A DNA stretch of 64,000 nt from NCBI GenBank assembly GCA_035545635.1, contig DASZXY010000013.1, forward strand, positions 302,838 through 366,837, in the 5' to 3' direction. A program made the translations under genes and the position numbers. Of the stretch, positions 51,529 to 61,913 are shown piece after piece (the stretch's first letter is position 1; the number at the start of each line of letters is the position of its first letter). This DNA is from Mycobacteriales bacterium. Lineage in GTDB: Bacteria > Actinomycetota > Actinomycetes > JAFAQI01. The notes beneath the pieces were generated by a model. The model searched no databases. It saw nothing but the letters and a program-made list of their open reading frames with translations, and had not been told where the DNA came from.

Positions 51529-52997
51529 GGCACCCGTCCGCCGCCTGGCGATTCGGCGTCCGGCGCGACACGGATCAACACAAACGCCATGACGAAACCG
51601 AGCAAAGCGAACACCGCACCGGTCTTGAATGCCGCGTCGGTGCCGTGGGTGAAGGTGTAGTTCCGCAACGCGGCCAGGCTCGTGTGAGGGGCGTGATCAG
51701 TGGCGTGTCGAGCCGCCGAGCTGAAGACCGCGACGAGCGATGACAGCCCCAACGTGCCGCCGACTTGCTGGCCGACGTTCAGCATCGCCGATGCGATACC
51801 CGAGTCCTCCGGCGCGACGCCGGACACCGCGCCGAGGGTGACCGGCACGAAGATCGTGCCCATCCCCGCCGCCACCAGCAAGATGCCCGGCAGCACGTGG
51901 CCGACGTATGACGACGACGGAGTCAGCCGCGAGAGGAACAGCAAGCCGAACCCGACGAAGATCGTCCCTGCGCAGATCATCGGTTGTGCACCCACACGAT
52001 GCACAACGCGACTCGCGATCTGCGCCATCGTCACGATCACGACGCTCATTGGCAAGAACGCGAATCCAGCACGCAACGGCCGGAAGCCGTGCACCGTCTG
52101 GATGTACTGCGTGAGGAAGAAGAAAGTCGAGAACACCGCGGCACCGAGAATCAACATCACGAGATACGAGCCGACCCGGCTCCTATCGCCGAACAGCCGC
52201 AGCGGCATCAGCGGCCGCGGCGAACGCAGCTCGATAGTGACGAAGGCGGTGAGCAGGATCGCCGCAGCTGCGAACGAGACGAGCGTCGTGCGGTCGTTCC
52301 ATCCGTGGGTCGCGGAGTGGATGAAGCCGTAGACGAGTGATGCCATGCCCGCGGTGGAGACCACAGCACCCGGTACGTCGAGCGCACCCTTCTCACGGCG
52401 GCCACTGTCCGGAATGACCCGAGGCGCCGCGAAGGCGATCACCAAGCCGATCGGTGCGTTGACGAACAACACCCATCGCCAGGACAGGAAGTCGGTGAGC
52501 AAGCCGCCGAGGATCAGGCCGATCGCGGCACCCGCGCCCGACACCGCGGCGTACACCCCGAAGGCCCGATTCCGTGCCGGTCCTTCCGCGAACGTGGTGG
52601 CGATCAGCGACAGCGCAGTCGGGGAGGCGATCGCGCCGCCGACGCCTTGCAGGGCGCGCATCCCGAGCAGCTGCCCCTCGCTCTGGGCAAACCCACCGGC
52701 CAGACTCGCGGCGGCAAAGATCGAGACGCCGATCATGAACATCCGCCGCCGTCCGAACAGGTCGCCCGTCCGCCCGCCGAGCAGCAGCAGCCCGCCGAAG
52801 ACGAGGGTGTAGGCGTTCAGCACCCACGAAAGGCTCGTCGGGGAGAAGTGCAGCGCGTGCTGGATCTTGGGCAGCGCAATGTTCACGATCGTCGCGTCGA
52901 GCACCACCATCAGCTGAGCGGCGGCGATCACGGTCAGCGCGAGGTTGGGACGGACCTGCCGGTGTGGCGCCGCCGGGGTGGCTTTCATCGTGATCAT
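51525..52997 (-). CDS. MFS transporter, DHA2 (EmrB/QacA, 14-TMS) family
   Basis: LDATIVNIALPKI, GGRTGDLFGRRRMF; about 14 hydrophobic segments. Confidence 0.9.
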   Translation of the reverse strand: MITMKATPAAPHRQVRPNLALTVIAAAQLMVVLDATIVNIALPKIQHALHFSPTSLSWVLNAYTLVFGGLLLLGGRTGDLFGRRRMFMIGVSIFAAASLAGGFAQSEGQLLGMRALQGVGGAIASPTALSLIATTFAEGPARNRAFGVYAAVSGAGAAIGLILGGLLTDFLSWRWVLFVNAPIGLVIAFAAPRVIPDSGRREKGALDVPGAVVSTAGMASLVYGFIHSATHGWNDRTTLVSFAAAAILLTAFVTIELRSPRPLMPLRLFGDRSRVGSYLVMLILGAAVFSTFFFLTQYIQTVHGFRPLRAGFAFLPMSVVIVTMAQIASRVVHRVGAQPMICAGTIFVGFGLLFLSRLTPSSSYVGHVLPGILLVAAGMGTIFVPVTLGAVSGVAPEDSGIASAMLNVGQQVGGTLGLSSLVAVFSSAARHATDHAPHTSLAALRNYTFTHGTDAAFKTGAVFALLGFVMAFVLIRVAPDAESPGGGRVP

Positions 52998-53114
52998 CCA
53001 ACCAGTCGGCTGCCCACGCCTTTCCCTCCGAGTCGGTCATCCAGCATGATGTAAGGAGGAATCGCCCTTCTGCATCACGAATAGCAGTGATGCGGGATCG
53101 AGGAAGGGGACACC

Positions 53115-53663
53115 ATGTCCGTCAAGCGTGCCGCGGGTGTGCTCGCGTTCGCGGTCGCCGCGGGTGGTGTCGGAAGCGCGGTGATCGTGGGATCGGCGGC
53201 ATCCGGCGCCCCTCGTCCGCCGGCGTGGGTGCCGGCACAGCCGGTGACGCTTGCGCCTCCCCCTGCCACCGCTCCGCACCTCGAGTCGATGCCGAAGACG
53301 ACCCTCCATCTGCCGTCCACGCTGCACCTGGTCAACAGCACGACCGGCGCCCGGCGGCTCGACAGCTCACACACCGTCTACTCTGCAGCGTTGGACAAGC
53401 CCGGCACCAGAAAGATCATCGGGACCGCGGCCTACACCTGCACGGCAGTCACGAGCGGCGCGCTACGGCAGGACTGCCACGGCGCCCTCGCGCTGAAGAA
53501 CGGCGTCATCCTGATCGAGGAGTCGCAGAACATCAACACCGGACAGACCGATGGCACGATCGTCGGCGGGAGTGGCTACTACAAAGGCGCCCACGGCACG
53601 ATCAGCGGTCGCGATCTCGGTGGCGGAAAGACGAAGCTCGCCGTCGACTACTCCTTCGACTAG
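53115..53663 (+). CDS. secreted protein, dirigent/allene-oxide-cyclase-barrel-like
   Basis: Signal peptide; C-terminal GGSGYYKGAHGTISG motif. The family assignment is tentative. Confidence 0.6.
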   Translation: MSVKRAAGVLAFAVAAGGVGSAVIVGSAASGAPRPPAWVPAQPVTLAPPPATAPHLESMPKTTLHLPSTLHLVNSTTGARRLDSSHTVYSAALDKPGTRKIIGTAAYTCTAVTSGALRQDCHGALALKNGVILIEESQNINTGQTDGTIVGGSGYYKGAHGTISGRDLGGGKTKLAVDYSFD

Positions 53664-54089
53664 TTGGCCACGAGCCGCCCCAGCGAGAGAAAGCCAACCG
53701 AGGCCGGGTACTCCGCAACACCACTTGCGAAGAAGCTCGGCGCGACTGAGGACTCGCGATGCCTCGTAGTCGGTCCTGCCGCAGCGGCTGTACTCACGGC
53801 GATTCCTGCCGCGCATCGCAAACCCGGGCGAGCGCCGTACGACGTGATCGTCGCGTTCTGCCCTGACCTGCGCGCGCTACGGCGTCACGTGGCGACGCTT
53901 CCCGAACGGCTCGCCCCCAAAGGGGGGCTTTGGCTCTGCTGGCCGAAGAAGGCAAGTGGCGTGGTCACGGATGTCGGCGAGCTGGACATCCATCAGGCCG
54001 GCCTGGCGACGGGACTCGTCGACAACAAGGTCGCAGCAATCGACGAGGTGTGGAGCGGGGTCCGTTTCGTGCATCGACGAGCAAAGTGA
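53664..54089 (+). CDS. DUF3052 family protein
   Basis: GYSATPLAKKLG N-terminal motif and WLCWPKKASG. The TTG start directly abuts the upstream stop. Confidence 0.7.
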   Translation: MATSRPSERKPTEAGYSATPLAKKLGATEDSRCLVVGPAAAAVLTAIPAAHRKPGRAPYDVIVAFCPDLRALRRHVATLPERLAPKGGLWLCWPKKASGVVTDVGELDIHQAGLATGLVDNKVAAIDEVWSGVRFVHRRAK

Positions 54090-55645
54090 CGGAGTCCGAA
54101 AAGCTTCCCGAATCCGCCGATGTCGTAGTCATCGGCGCTGGTCACAACGGTCTCGTTGCAGCCACGCTCCTTGCCCGCAACGGCCTCGACGTGCTCGTGC
54201 TGGAACGCGACGCAGTCATCGGCGGCGCGGCACGCACCGAGCAACCGTTTGCGAAGGTGCCTGGACTGCGTCAGTCGACCGGCTCGTATCTGCTCGGTCT
54301 GATGCCGCCGGAGCTCGAGCAGCTACTCGACTTGCGACTTCCGCTGGTCCGTCGCGACCCGCACTATTTCCTGCCGACCACGACCGATCGCTATCTGCTG
54401 ATGGGGAGCGACCGCGTCGCCACCCGTAACCAGTTTGCTGAGTTCTTCACCGACTCCGACGCGGATGCCGACGACCGCCTGTCGGCGGAGCTGTCGATGC
54501 TGCGCGAGGACCTCGCACCGGCATGGCTGACCCAGCCTCTCTCGGTCGAGGACACTGCCGAGCGATTCATCCGTCCCGCGTTGCGAGACGCGTTCATCGA
54601 CCTCGTACGCGGCGACGTGACGTCCTACCTCCGCCGGTTCGGCTTCGCCAGCGAGCTCATCGTCGCGATGTACGCCGTGACCGACGGATTATCCGGGCTT
54701 CACGCCGGGCCGGACGACCCCGGCACCGGTCACAACTTCCTGGTCCACAACATGTGCCGACTGCCTGGGGCAGACGGCACGTGGATGATCGTGCGCGGCG
54801 GCATGGGCACCGTCAGCGCGGCCATCGCCGATCGGGCCCGCCGGCACGGCGCGAGGATCAGGACCAACGCGCCGATCGCATCGGTCGCCGTCGGCGGTGG
54901 TTCGGCATCGGGCGTCGTACTGGCCGATGGACGCGAGGTCGCAGCCAACGCCGTCGTGGCCGCCTGCGATCCGTTCACCCTGGCGACGCTGGTCGACCTC
55001 CCGGCTGCCCTTGTCGACCGGCTCGACGGCGTACGCCGTGCCGGCACGACATTGAAGGTCAACCTCGCGCTGGCCGGCCTGCCCCATTTCAGCTGTCTTC
55101 CGCAAGGCTCGCCGTCACCGTTCGGATCGACGATCCACCTGCTCGAGCAGGACGCGCCACTGCAGTCGGTTCGGCAGATGTGGGCTGACGTCCAGGCGGG
55201 CCGACTGCCCGACTTTCCGACGATCGAGTGGTACCTGCACACGACCGCCGATGGGTCACTGCAGGACGACGGCGGTCATCACTCGTCTGCGCTGTTCGTG
55301 CAGTCCGTGCCGTGGCAGCCAGCCGGGTCGAGCTGGCAGGCCGAGCTCGACGGCTACGTGCAGCACCTGCTCGAGATCTGCGACCGGTTCGCCCCTGGAA
55401 CCTCGGACCTGGTCGCGGACTCCTTTCCCCTGCCGCCTCCCGGGATCGAGTCGCACTTCGGGATCCGCCACGGCCACATCCACCATGTCGACAACTCGTT
55501 CGGCTTCGACCAGCGGATGCCCTATGCGACGGGGATCGACGGTTTGTACGCCGCGAGCGCAGGCTGCTTCCCGGCGGGCTCCGTCATCGGCGCCGCCGGC
55601 CACAACGCCGCCCAGCGAGTCCTCAAAGACCTCGGTCTCAGTTGA
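54086..55645 (+). CDS. NAD(P)/FAD-dependent oxidoreductase (phytoene desaturase/amine oxidase family)
   Basis: DVVVIGAGHNGLVAATLLARNGLDVLVLE. GTG 54086 overlaps the upstream stop (GTGA). Confidence 0.85.
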   Translation: MTESEKLPESADVVVIGAGHNGLVAATLLARNGLDVLVLERDAVIGGAARTEQPFAKVPGLRQSTGSYLLGLMPPELEQLLDLRLPLVRRDPHYFLPTTTDRYLLMGSDRVATRNQFAEFFTDSDADADDRLSAELSMLREDLAPAWLTQPLSVEDTAERFIRPALRDAFIDLVRGDVTSYLRRFGFASELIVAMYAVTDGLSGLHAGPDDPGTGHNFLVHNMCRLPGADGTWMIVRGGMGTVSAAIADRARRHGARIRTNAPIASVAVGGGSASGVVLADGREVAANAVVAACDPFTLATLVDLPAALVDRLDGVRRAGTTLKVNLALAGLPHFSCLPQGSPSPFGSTIHLLEQDAPLQSVRQMWADVQAGRLPDFPTIEWYLHTTADGSLQDDGGHHSSALFVQSVPWQPAGSSWQAELDGYVQHLLEICDRFAPGTSDLVADSFPLPPPGIESHFGIRHGHIHHVDNSFGFDQRMPYATGIDGLYAASAGCFPAGSVIGAAGHNAAQRVLKDLGLS

Positions 55646-55669
55646 GGCAACCTTTCGCGTGGCTGCGGT

Positions 55670-56188
55670 GTGAGTCAGGCATGGGGAGAGATGGACCAGC
55701 AGCTCGTTGACTACGTTCGCGCACGCTGGCCTGCGCTGGTGCGATACGCCGCCGTCGTCTGCGGCGACGCATCGGAAGGCGAGGAGCTGGCGCAGGCAAC
55801 GCTGGTCCGGGTCGCCGCACGGTGGCGGTTGCTACGTGACCGCGACAACATCGACGCCTACGTCCGCACCGCGATCGTCCGTGCCCACATCAACCGGCGC
55901 ACCAGGCTGCGGCGCCGCGAGACGCCAGTCGCCGAGCTTCCGGCGACGCCGTCCATCGATCCGACCGAGGGTGCCGGCCGAGGCGTCGACATACGCCGAG
56001 CCTTGGCTACGCTGCCGCCGCGCCAGCGCGCGGTCCTCGTCCTGCGCTATCTCGACGACCTCTCGGAGCTGCAGACCGCAGATGTCCTGGGTTGCTCGGT
56101 CGGCACCGTGAAGAGCCAAGCGAGCAAGGCTCTGGCCTCCTTGCGCGCGTCCTTTCCCGAGTTGTCCGACGAGGCGGTGACGCAGTGA
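55670..56188 (+). CDS. ECF (SigE-type) RNA polymerase sigma factor
   Basis: Region 2 (EELAQATLVRVAARW...AYVRTAIVRAHIN) and region 4 (LPPRQRAVLVLRYLDDLSELQTADVLGCSVGTVKSQASKALASLR). Confidence 0.85.
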   Translation: MSQAWGEMDQQLVDYVRARWPALVRYAAVVCGDASEGEELAQATLVRVAARWRLLRDRDNIDAYVRTAIVRAHINRRTRLRRRETPVAELPATPSIDPTEGAGRGVDIRRALATLPPRQRAVLVLRYLDDLSELQTADVLGCSVGTVKSQASKALASLRASFPELSDEAVTQ

Positions 56189-57387
56189 CCGACATCCGTG
56201 CGCTGCTTCGGGAGGCTTCTCGCGACATCGAGATCGACGCGGCCGACCCAGCGGCTCGGGTGCGCGACGCGCTGCGGCGGCGCCGACGTTCCCACGCCGC
56301 GATCCTCGCGGTCGTTGCAGCGGTGGCCACAGCGATCGTCGTACCGATCTCGGTTCGCGGGTCCAAACCGCCCGTCGCCGCGATTGAGCCCGGACCAGCT
56401 CCGGACCTGAAGCATTGGGACGCGAGCGCAGGTTCGGCGACGAGCGGCTTCGGCTCGATGTGGGCGCTGAGGTGCTGCGATCTCGTGTCTGGCGAGTCAT
56501 GGGTCGATCAGCTCGATCCGGTCACCGGTCGTCAGACCCACCGGATCCCCGTCCCGTTGCCGACGTCCAGCATCGCGGCCGGCGCGGGCTACGTCTGGGT
56601 GATCGGCGCGAATCCAGGCGGCGGGGCGCCGTCCGCCATCACGGCCATCGATCCGAACACGCACAACTACTACTCGATGCGCATCACGGATCCCACAGCC
56701 GAGCCCTACGACATCGGATTCGCCGACGGCGCGGCATGGGTGACCATTCCGCTCGAAAACGCCGTTTGGCGGCTGACCGTCGACCCGTCGGCATACCAGC
56801 TCCGGAAGTCCGTGGTCGCTGTGCCGGGCGGCCCCGCCGACATCGCTACGACGCCGGACGGCCAGCTGTGGGTTCAGGAGGCGAGCGCCGACACGATCGT
56901 CCAGATCGATCCTGGGACCAGGACCTCCATCGCCCACGCGCCTTGGCCTGGCCACATCTTCGGCCCGACGACAGTCGAGAACCACGGGCTGGTCGGGACG
57001 ACGAAACCCAACACCTGGGTTGCCCTCGACCCCTACGACCTCGCCCGCCCGCCGGGCGGGGGTCCGATGGGCTGCCAGGGCTGCGTCGACTTCGAATACC
57101 GGGTCCCGGGTCAGATCAGAGACGTCGTCTCGACCGGGGCCGGTGTCTTCGTATGGCGGACCGGCAAGGACGGCACCGACTTCGCGTCGTTCTGGAGCCG
57201 GCACGACCTGTCCACTGGCGACTCGACGCCGACCGAGTCGATTCCAGTCGGCGGACCGCTGGCTGCAGACAGCCAGGATCAAGGTGTCGTGATCGGGACC
57301 CACACCGGCCTCTTCCACTGGAGACCGACCGGAGGAAATCTCGGTCTGCTCGAGTCCGGAGACGATCACCACGGGGTCCAAGACTGA
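56185..57387 (+). CDS. single-pass membrane protein with an extracytoplasmic beta-propeller-like repeat domain (candidate sigma-factor partner)
   Basis: GTGA overlap with the sigma gene. TM segment HAAILAVVAAVATAIVVPISV. Repeated blades of the form ...W(V/A)...(I/V)D P xT.... Confidence 0.7.
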   Translation: MTDIRALLREASRDIEIDAADPAARVRDALRRRRRSHAAILAVVAAVATAIVVPISVRGSKPPVAAIEPGPAPDLKHWDASAGSATSGFGSMWALRCCDLVSGESWVDQLDPVTGRQTHRIPVPLPTSSIAAGAGYVWVIGANPGGGAPSAITAIDPNTHNYYSMRITDPTAEPYDIGFADGAAWVTIPLENAVWRLTVDPSAYQLRKSVVAVPGGPADIATTPDGQLWVQEASADTIVQIDPGTRTSIAHAPWPGHIFGPTTVENHGLVGTTKPNTWVALDPYDLARPPGGGPMGCQGCVDFEYRVPGQIRDVVSTGAGVFVWRTGKDGTDFASFWSRHDLSTGDSTPTESIPVGGPLAADSQDQGVVIGTHTGLFHWRPTGGNLGLLESGDDHHGVQD

Positions 57388-57487
57388 GCCGCGGTTCACC
57401 CGCCCGCCGATCAACGGGTGTCCGAGGCCCTGAGTCCCGCGCGGCGGACGCACTAGCCTGGACGCGAACAGGCCCATACGCGCGCAG

Positions 57488-60400
57488 GTGAAAGAGGCGA
57501 CGCTCGCCGTGACGACGGAGGCGGAAAAGTTCGCGGGCTTCGGCCCGAACGAGTGGCTGGTCTACGAGATGTACCAGTCGTATCTGAAGGATCCGAACTC
57601 GGTCGACAAGGCCTGGTGGGACTTCTTCGCGGACTACGCGCCGGGCGATACCCCGGTGATCAGCAGTCGGCCGACCGATGGCGCGGCCACCGCCGCGCCG
57701 GACGCCCCGGCCCCGTCCACCCCCGTGGCGGCACCGGTCGAGACGCCGACCCCTCTGCCCCCGACAGCACCTCCCGCAGGCGCGTCCACCTCCGAGTCCA
57801 CGTCGCCGCAGGAACCTGCCGGTCGCGTGCTCAAGGGTGCTGCCGCGCGAACCGTCGCGAACATGGAGGCGAGCCTCGCCGTACCGACCGCGACCAGCGT
57901 TCGCGCCGTCCCCGCGAAGCTGCTGATCGACAACCGGGTCGTGATCAACAACCATCTGCGCCGGGGTCGCGGCGGCAAGGTGAGCTTCACCCACCTCATC
58001 GGCTTCGCGATGGTGCAGGCACTGCGCGAGATGCCGGTGATGAACCGCGCGTTTGCCGAGGCTGACGGCAAGCCCACCGTCGTCGAGCCCGAGCACATCA
58101 ATCTCGGCCTCGCGATCGACCTCACCAAGGACGACGGCAGCCACACCCTCGTCGTACCGGCGATCAAGAATGCGGACACCCTCGACTTCGCGAAGTTCTG
58201 GGCGGGCTACGAGGACGTCGTGCGCAAGGCCCGCACCAACAAGCTCACGGTCGACGACTTCACCGGTACGACGGTCAGCCTCACCAACCCCGGCACGATT
58301 GGCACCGTCCACTCGGTGCCCCGCCTGATGCAGGGCCAGGGCACCATCGTCGGCGTCGGCGCGCTGGAGTATCCGGCGGAGTACCAGGGCGCAGCCGAGG
58401 AGACGCTTGCGCGGATCGCGGTCAGCAAGGTCATCACGCTGACCTCGACCTACGACCACCGCATCATCCAGGGCGCGGAGTCGGGTGAGTTCCTGCGGCG
58501 GATTCACGAGCTGCTGCTCGGCGACCACTTCTGGGACGACGTCTTCGCCTCGCTGCGCATCCCGTATGAGCCGATCCGCTGGACTACCGACATCGCGGTC
58601 AGTCACGACGAGGAGGTCGGCAAGCCGGCGCGGGTCATCGAGCTCATCCATGCCTACCGGGTCCGCGGCCACCTGATGGCCGACACCAACCCGCTGGACT
58701 TCGAGCTGCGGCGCCACCCTGACCTTGACGTCGTCACCCACGGCCTCACGCTGTGGGATCTCGATCGAGAGTTCCCGAGCGGTGGCTTCGGTGGCCGAGC
58801 GGTGATGAAGCTGCGCGAGATCCTGGGCGTGCTGCGCGACTCGTACTGCCGCACGGTCGGCATCGAGTACATGCACATCCAGGACCCTGAGCAGCGGCGC
58901 TGGATCCAGGATCGCGTCGAGCGGCCCCACGAGAGCCCCGACCGCGAAGAGCAGCTGCGCATCCTCCGCAAGCTCAACGAGTCCGAGGCGTTCGAGACCT
59001 TCCTGCAGACGAAGTTCGTCGGGCAGAAGCGCTTCTCGCTCGAAGGTGGCGAGTCGGTCATCCCGTTGCTCGACGCGGTCGTGTCCGCGGCGGCGCACGA
59101 CGACATGGACGAGGTCGTCATCGGCATGGCCCACCGCGGCCGGCTCAACGTCCTGACCAACATCGTCGGCAAGTCCTTCGGACAGATCTTCTCGGAGTTC
59201 GAGGGCAACCTCGACCCGCGTACGGCGCACGGCTCCGGTGACGTGAAGTACCACCTTGGCGCAGAGGGCACCTACACCGCGCTCGACGGCGAGACGGTCA
59301 AGGTGACGCTCACCTCGAACCCGTCGCACCTCGAGACCGTCAACCCGGTGGTCGAAGGAATCGCGCGCGCGAAGCAGGACATGCTCAACCGCGGCGAGGA
59401 CGGCTTCACGGTGCTGCCGATCCTGATCCACGGCGACGCTGCGTTTGCGGGCCAAGGCGTCGTCGCGGAGACGCTGAACCTCTCGCAGCTGCGCGGCTAC
59501 CGGACCGGCGGCACGGTTCACGTCGTCATCAACAACCAGGTCGGCTTCACAACCTCGCCGGCCAGTGCGCGATCCAGCGTCTACTGCACCGACGTCGCGC
59601 GGATGATCCAGGCGCCGATCTTCCACGTGAACGGCGACGATCCCGAGGCCGTCGTACGAGTCGCGGAGCTGGCGTATGAGTTCCGGCAGGCGTTCAAGAA
59701 GGACGTCGTCGTCGACATGCTCTGCTACCGCCGCCGCGGTCACAGCGAGGTCGACGAGCCGAGCTTCACCCAGCCGCTGATGTACGACCTGATCGACGCG
59801 AAGCGGAGCGTCCGCAAGCTCTACACCGAGTCGCTGATCGGTCGTGGCGACATCACCGTCGAAGAGGCCGAGGCCGCGCTGCGCGACTACCAGGGCCAGC
59901 TCGAGAAGGTATTCGCGGAGAGCCGTGACTACACGCCGCCGCCGTTCGAGGAGATCCCCGAGGTCCCTGTCGGTCCGCCGCCACCGACCGCCGTCACGCA
60001 GGAGGTGTTGAAGCGCATCGGCGACGCGCAAGTCTCGATGCCGGAGGGCTTCAACGTGCACCCGCGGCTGCTCCCACAGCTGGAGAAGCGCGCACAGATG
60101 GTGACCGAGGGTGGTATCGACTGGGCATTCGCCGAGACCCTGGCGTTCGGCTCGCTTCTGATGGAAGGCCGTCCGGTTCGACTCGCCGGCCAGGACTCGC
60201 GACGCGGCACGTTCGGCCAGCGGCACTCGGTGATCGTCGACCGCCGTACCGGGGCTGAGTTCACGCCGCTTTCCCACCTCGCCGAGGACCAGGCGCCGTT
60301 CTACGTCTACGACTCGCTGCTGTCCGAGTACGCCGCGATGGGCTTCGAGTACGGCTACTCCTTCGCGCGACCGGATGCGCTGGTTGCGTGGGAGGCGCAG

Positions 60401-61135
60401 TTCGGCGATTTCGCGAACGGCGCGCAGGAAGTGATCGACGAGTTCATCTCGGCGAGCGAGGTGAAGTGGGCCCAGACGTCCAACGTCGTCCTCCTGCTCC
60501 CCCACGGCTACGAAGGCCAGGGCCCGGACCACTCGTCCGCGCGCATCGAGCGCTTCCTGACGATGTCGGCAGAGGGCAACTGGGTCATCACCATGCCGAG
60601 CACGCCCGCCAACTACTTCCACCTGCTGCGCCTGCACACCCTCGGCGCGCGGCAGCGACCGCTGATCGTCTTCACCCCGAAGTCGATGCTGCGCCTGAAA
60701 GCCGCGACATCGATGCCGGACGAGTTCACCAGTGGCCGGTTCCAGCCGCTGATCGTCGAGGACGTGCCGGACCCATCCGCGATCCGGCGCATCCTGCTGT
60801 GCAGCGGAAAGGTCTACTACGACCTGGTGAAGCAACGGGAGACGCTCGGCGCGACGGACACGGCGATCCTGCGCGCAGAGCGGCTCTACCCGCTGCCCGC
60901 GATCGAGCTGAAGGCTGCCCTTGAGGCGTTTCCGGCCGACGCCAGCCTGGTCTGGGTGCAGGAGGAGCCGGCGAACCAAGGCGCGTGGCCGTTCATCGCG
61001 CTGCGGCTGCCGGAGCACCTCGACGGCCGCCCCCTGCTGCGCGTCTCGCGCAACGCGTCGGCCGCGCCGTCGACCGGCTCGCACCACACGCACGAGGTCG
61101 AGCAAGCGGCGCTGCTCCAAGCTGCTTTCGCTTAA
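57488..61135 (+). CDS. kgd: multifunctional 2-oxoglutarate dehydrogenase E1/decarboxylase with a fused E2-like acyltransferase domain (Kgd/OdhA type)
   Basis: [23 protein letters not shown]; a Pro/Ala linker; E2-like DHRIIQG; E1 ThDP region [11 protein letters not shown]. The start is uncertain (GTG 57488 or GTG 57509). Confidence 0.95.
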   Translation: MKEATLAVTTEAEKFAGFGPNEWLVYEMYQSYLKDPNSVDKAWWDFFADYAPGDTPVISSRPTDGAATAAPDAPAPSTPVAAPVETPTPLPPTAPPAGASTSESTSPQEPAGRVLKGAAARTVANMEASLAVPTATSVRAVPAKLLIDNRVVINNHLRRGRGGKVSFTHLIGFAMVQALREMPVMNRAFAEADGKPTVVEPEHINLGLAIDLTKDDGSHTLVVPAIKNADTLDFAKFWAGYEDVVRKARTNKLTVDDFTGTTVSLTNPGTIGTVHSVPRLMQGQGTIVGVGALEYPAEYQGAAEETLARIAVSKVITLTSTYDHRIIQGAESGEFLRRIHELLLGDHFWDDVFASLRIPYEPIRWTTDIAVSHDEEVGKPARVIELIHAYRVRGHLMADTNPLDFELRRHPDLDVVTHGLTLWDLDREFPSGGFGGRAVMKLREILGVLRDSYCRTVGIEYMHIQDPEQRRWIQDRVERPHESPDREEQLRILRKLNESEAFETFLQTKFVGQKRFSLEGGESVIPLLDAVVSAAAHDDMDEVVIGMAHRGRLNVLTNIVGKSFGQIFSEFEGNLDPRTAHGSGDVKYHLGAEGTYTALDGETVKVTLTSNPSHLETVNPVVEGIARAKQDMLNRGEDGFTVLPILIHGDAAFAGQGVVAETLNLSQLRGYRTGGTVHVVINNQVGFTTSPASARSSVYCTDVARMIQAPIFHVNGDDPEAVVRVAELAYEFRQAFKKDVVVDMLCYRRRGHSEVDEPSFTQPLMYDLIDAKRSVRKLYTESLIGRGDITVEEAEAALRDYQGQLEKVFAESRDYTPPPFEEIPEVPVGPPPPTAVTQEVLKRIGDAQVSMPEGFNVHPRLLPQLEKRAQMVTEGGIDWAFAETLAFGSLLMEGRPVRLAGQDSRRGTFGQRHSVIVDRRTGAEFTPLSHLAEDQAPFYVYDSLLSEYAAMGFEYGYSFARPDALVAWEAQFGDFANGAQEVIDEFISASEVKWAQTSNVVLLLPHGYEGQGPDHSSARIERFLTMSAEGNWVITMPSTPANYFHLLRLHTLGARQRPLIVFTPKSMLRLKAATSMPDEFTSGRFQPLIVEDVPDPSAIRRILLCSGKVYYDLVKQRETLGATDTAILRAERLYPLPAIELKAALEAFPADASLVWVQEEPANQGAWPFIALRLPEHLDGRPLLRVSRNASAAPSTGSHHTHEVEQAALLQAAFA

Positions 61136-61145
61136 GGCCTCCGCC

Positions 61146-61322
61146 GTGTACTTCACCGACCGAGGCATCGAAGAGCTCGAGAAGCGCCGGGGCGAAGAGG
61201 TGCTGACCTACTTCGAGGTCGCCGAAAGCCTGCGGACCTTCGTCAACCTCAACGCCGAGTACGAGACGGCGATCGACCGCCTCGCGACCTGGCTGGCAAG
61301 AGCCGACGACGAGGAGCTATAG
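61146..61322 (+). CDS. DUF6104-like small protein (58 aa)
   Basis: VYFTDRGIEELEKRRGEEVLTYFEVAESLRTFVNLNAEYETAIDRLATWLARADDEEL, with a GTG 11 nt after the kgd stop. The family name is from memory. Confidence 0.65.
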   Translation: MYFTDRGIEELEKRRGEEVLTYFEVAESLRTFVNLNAEYETAIDRLATWLARADDEEL

Positions 61323-61335
61323 GCGACGAGTCGTC

Positions 61336-61396
61336 GGTGATCTTGACGTTATGCGCCCATCACGCGCGCTGACGGGCTCACTGCGTCAAGATCACC
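61336..61396. terminator. 13-bp inverted repeat (GGTGATCTTGACG ... CGTCAAGATCACC) between convergent genes
   Basis: Read directly. The arms are at 61336-61348 and 61384-61396, with a 35-nt loop. Confidence 0.4.
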
Positions 61397-61402
61397 GCGG
61401 GA

Positions 61403-61822
61403 TCAGGCGTCGGCGGTGGGGCCTTGGAGTGCTGCGCGGATCGACGGACTGGAGCTCACGAGGGTGTTGAACACTTCGGGCACGAGGTGGAGCACCGAAA
61501 CCCTGGAAGTCGAGACGACGGTCGCGTTGCGCAGCTTGGAGGTCAGCAGACCCACCTCCCCGACTACCGAGCCGGCCGCGAGCTGAGCGACAGCCTTGCC
61601 GTCGACACGCACCTCGACGTCGCCGTCGAGAATGACGTAGCAAGCGTCGGCAGGGGTCTGCTCGTTGATCAGCGGCCAGTTCGCGGGCACGGCGGACAGC
61701 GCGGAGGACTTCGCGAGCAGCTCGAGATCGGCCTTGCTGCAGTCGGCGAAGCGCGGTAGCGAGCTGAGCTTCGCGACCAGCTCCTTCAGCTCTGACTTCG
61801 ACAGGCCCGAACTCGACATCAA
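61403..61822 (-). CDS. cyclic nucleotide-binding domain protein
   Basis: cNMP-binding beta-roll: YVILDGDVEVRVDGKAVAQLAAGSVVGEVGLL...RNATV. TTG/ATG start. Confidence 0.8.
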   Translation of the reverse strand: MMSSSGLSKSELKELVAKLSSLPRFADCSKADLELLAKSSALSAVPANWPLINEQTPADACYVILDGDVEVRVDGKAVAQLAAGSVVGEVGLLTSKLRNATVVSTSRVSVLHLVPEVFNTLVSSSPSIRAALQGPTADA

Positions 61823-61854
61823 TGCCCCCGATCGCTAGGCGGTCAGTATGACGT

Positions 61855-61913
61855 CGAGCCCAACGATATTGGCCCCAAAACGGCGCCGGAGAGGCCTCTT
61901 TACGTTGGGCTCG
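61855..61913 (-). terminator. palindromic element sharing its termini with the 33946-34009 hairpin (CGAGCCCAACG ... CGTTGGGCTCG)
   Basis: 11-bp terminal arms plus an internal AGAGGCCTCT palindrome. It lies 4 nt from the minus-strand stop codon at 61918-61920. Confidence 0.5.

Noticed and set aside
57116-61168. 1350-aa ORF on the minus strand, the longest in the window
   Set aside because: It is exactly antisense to kgd. It is Arg/Ala/Gly/Pro-rich with no recognisable domains, the typical shadow ORF of a high-GC gene. The plus-strand frame encodes an unmistakable Kgd/OdhA.
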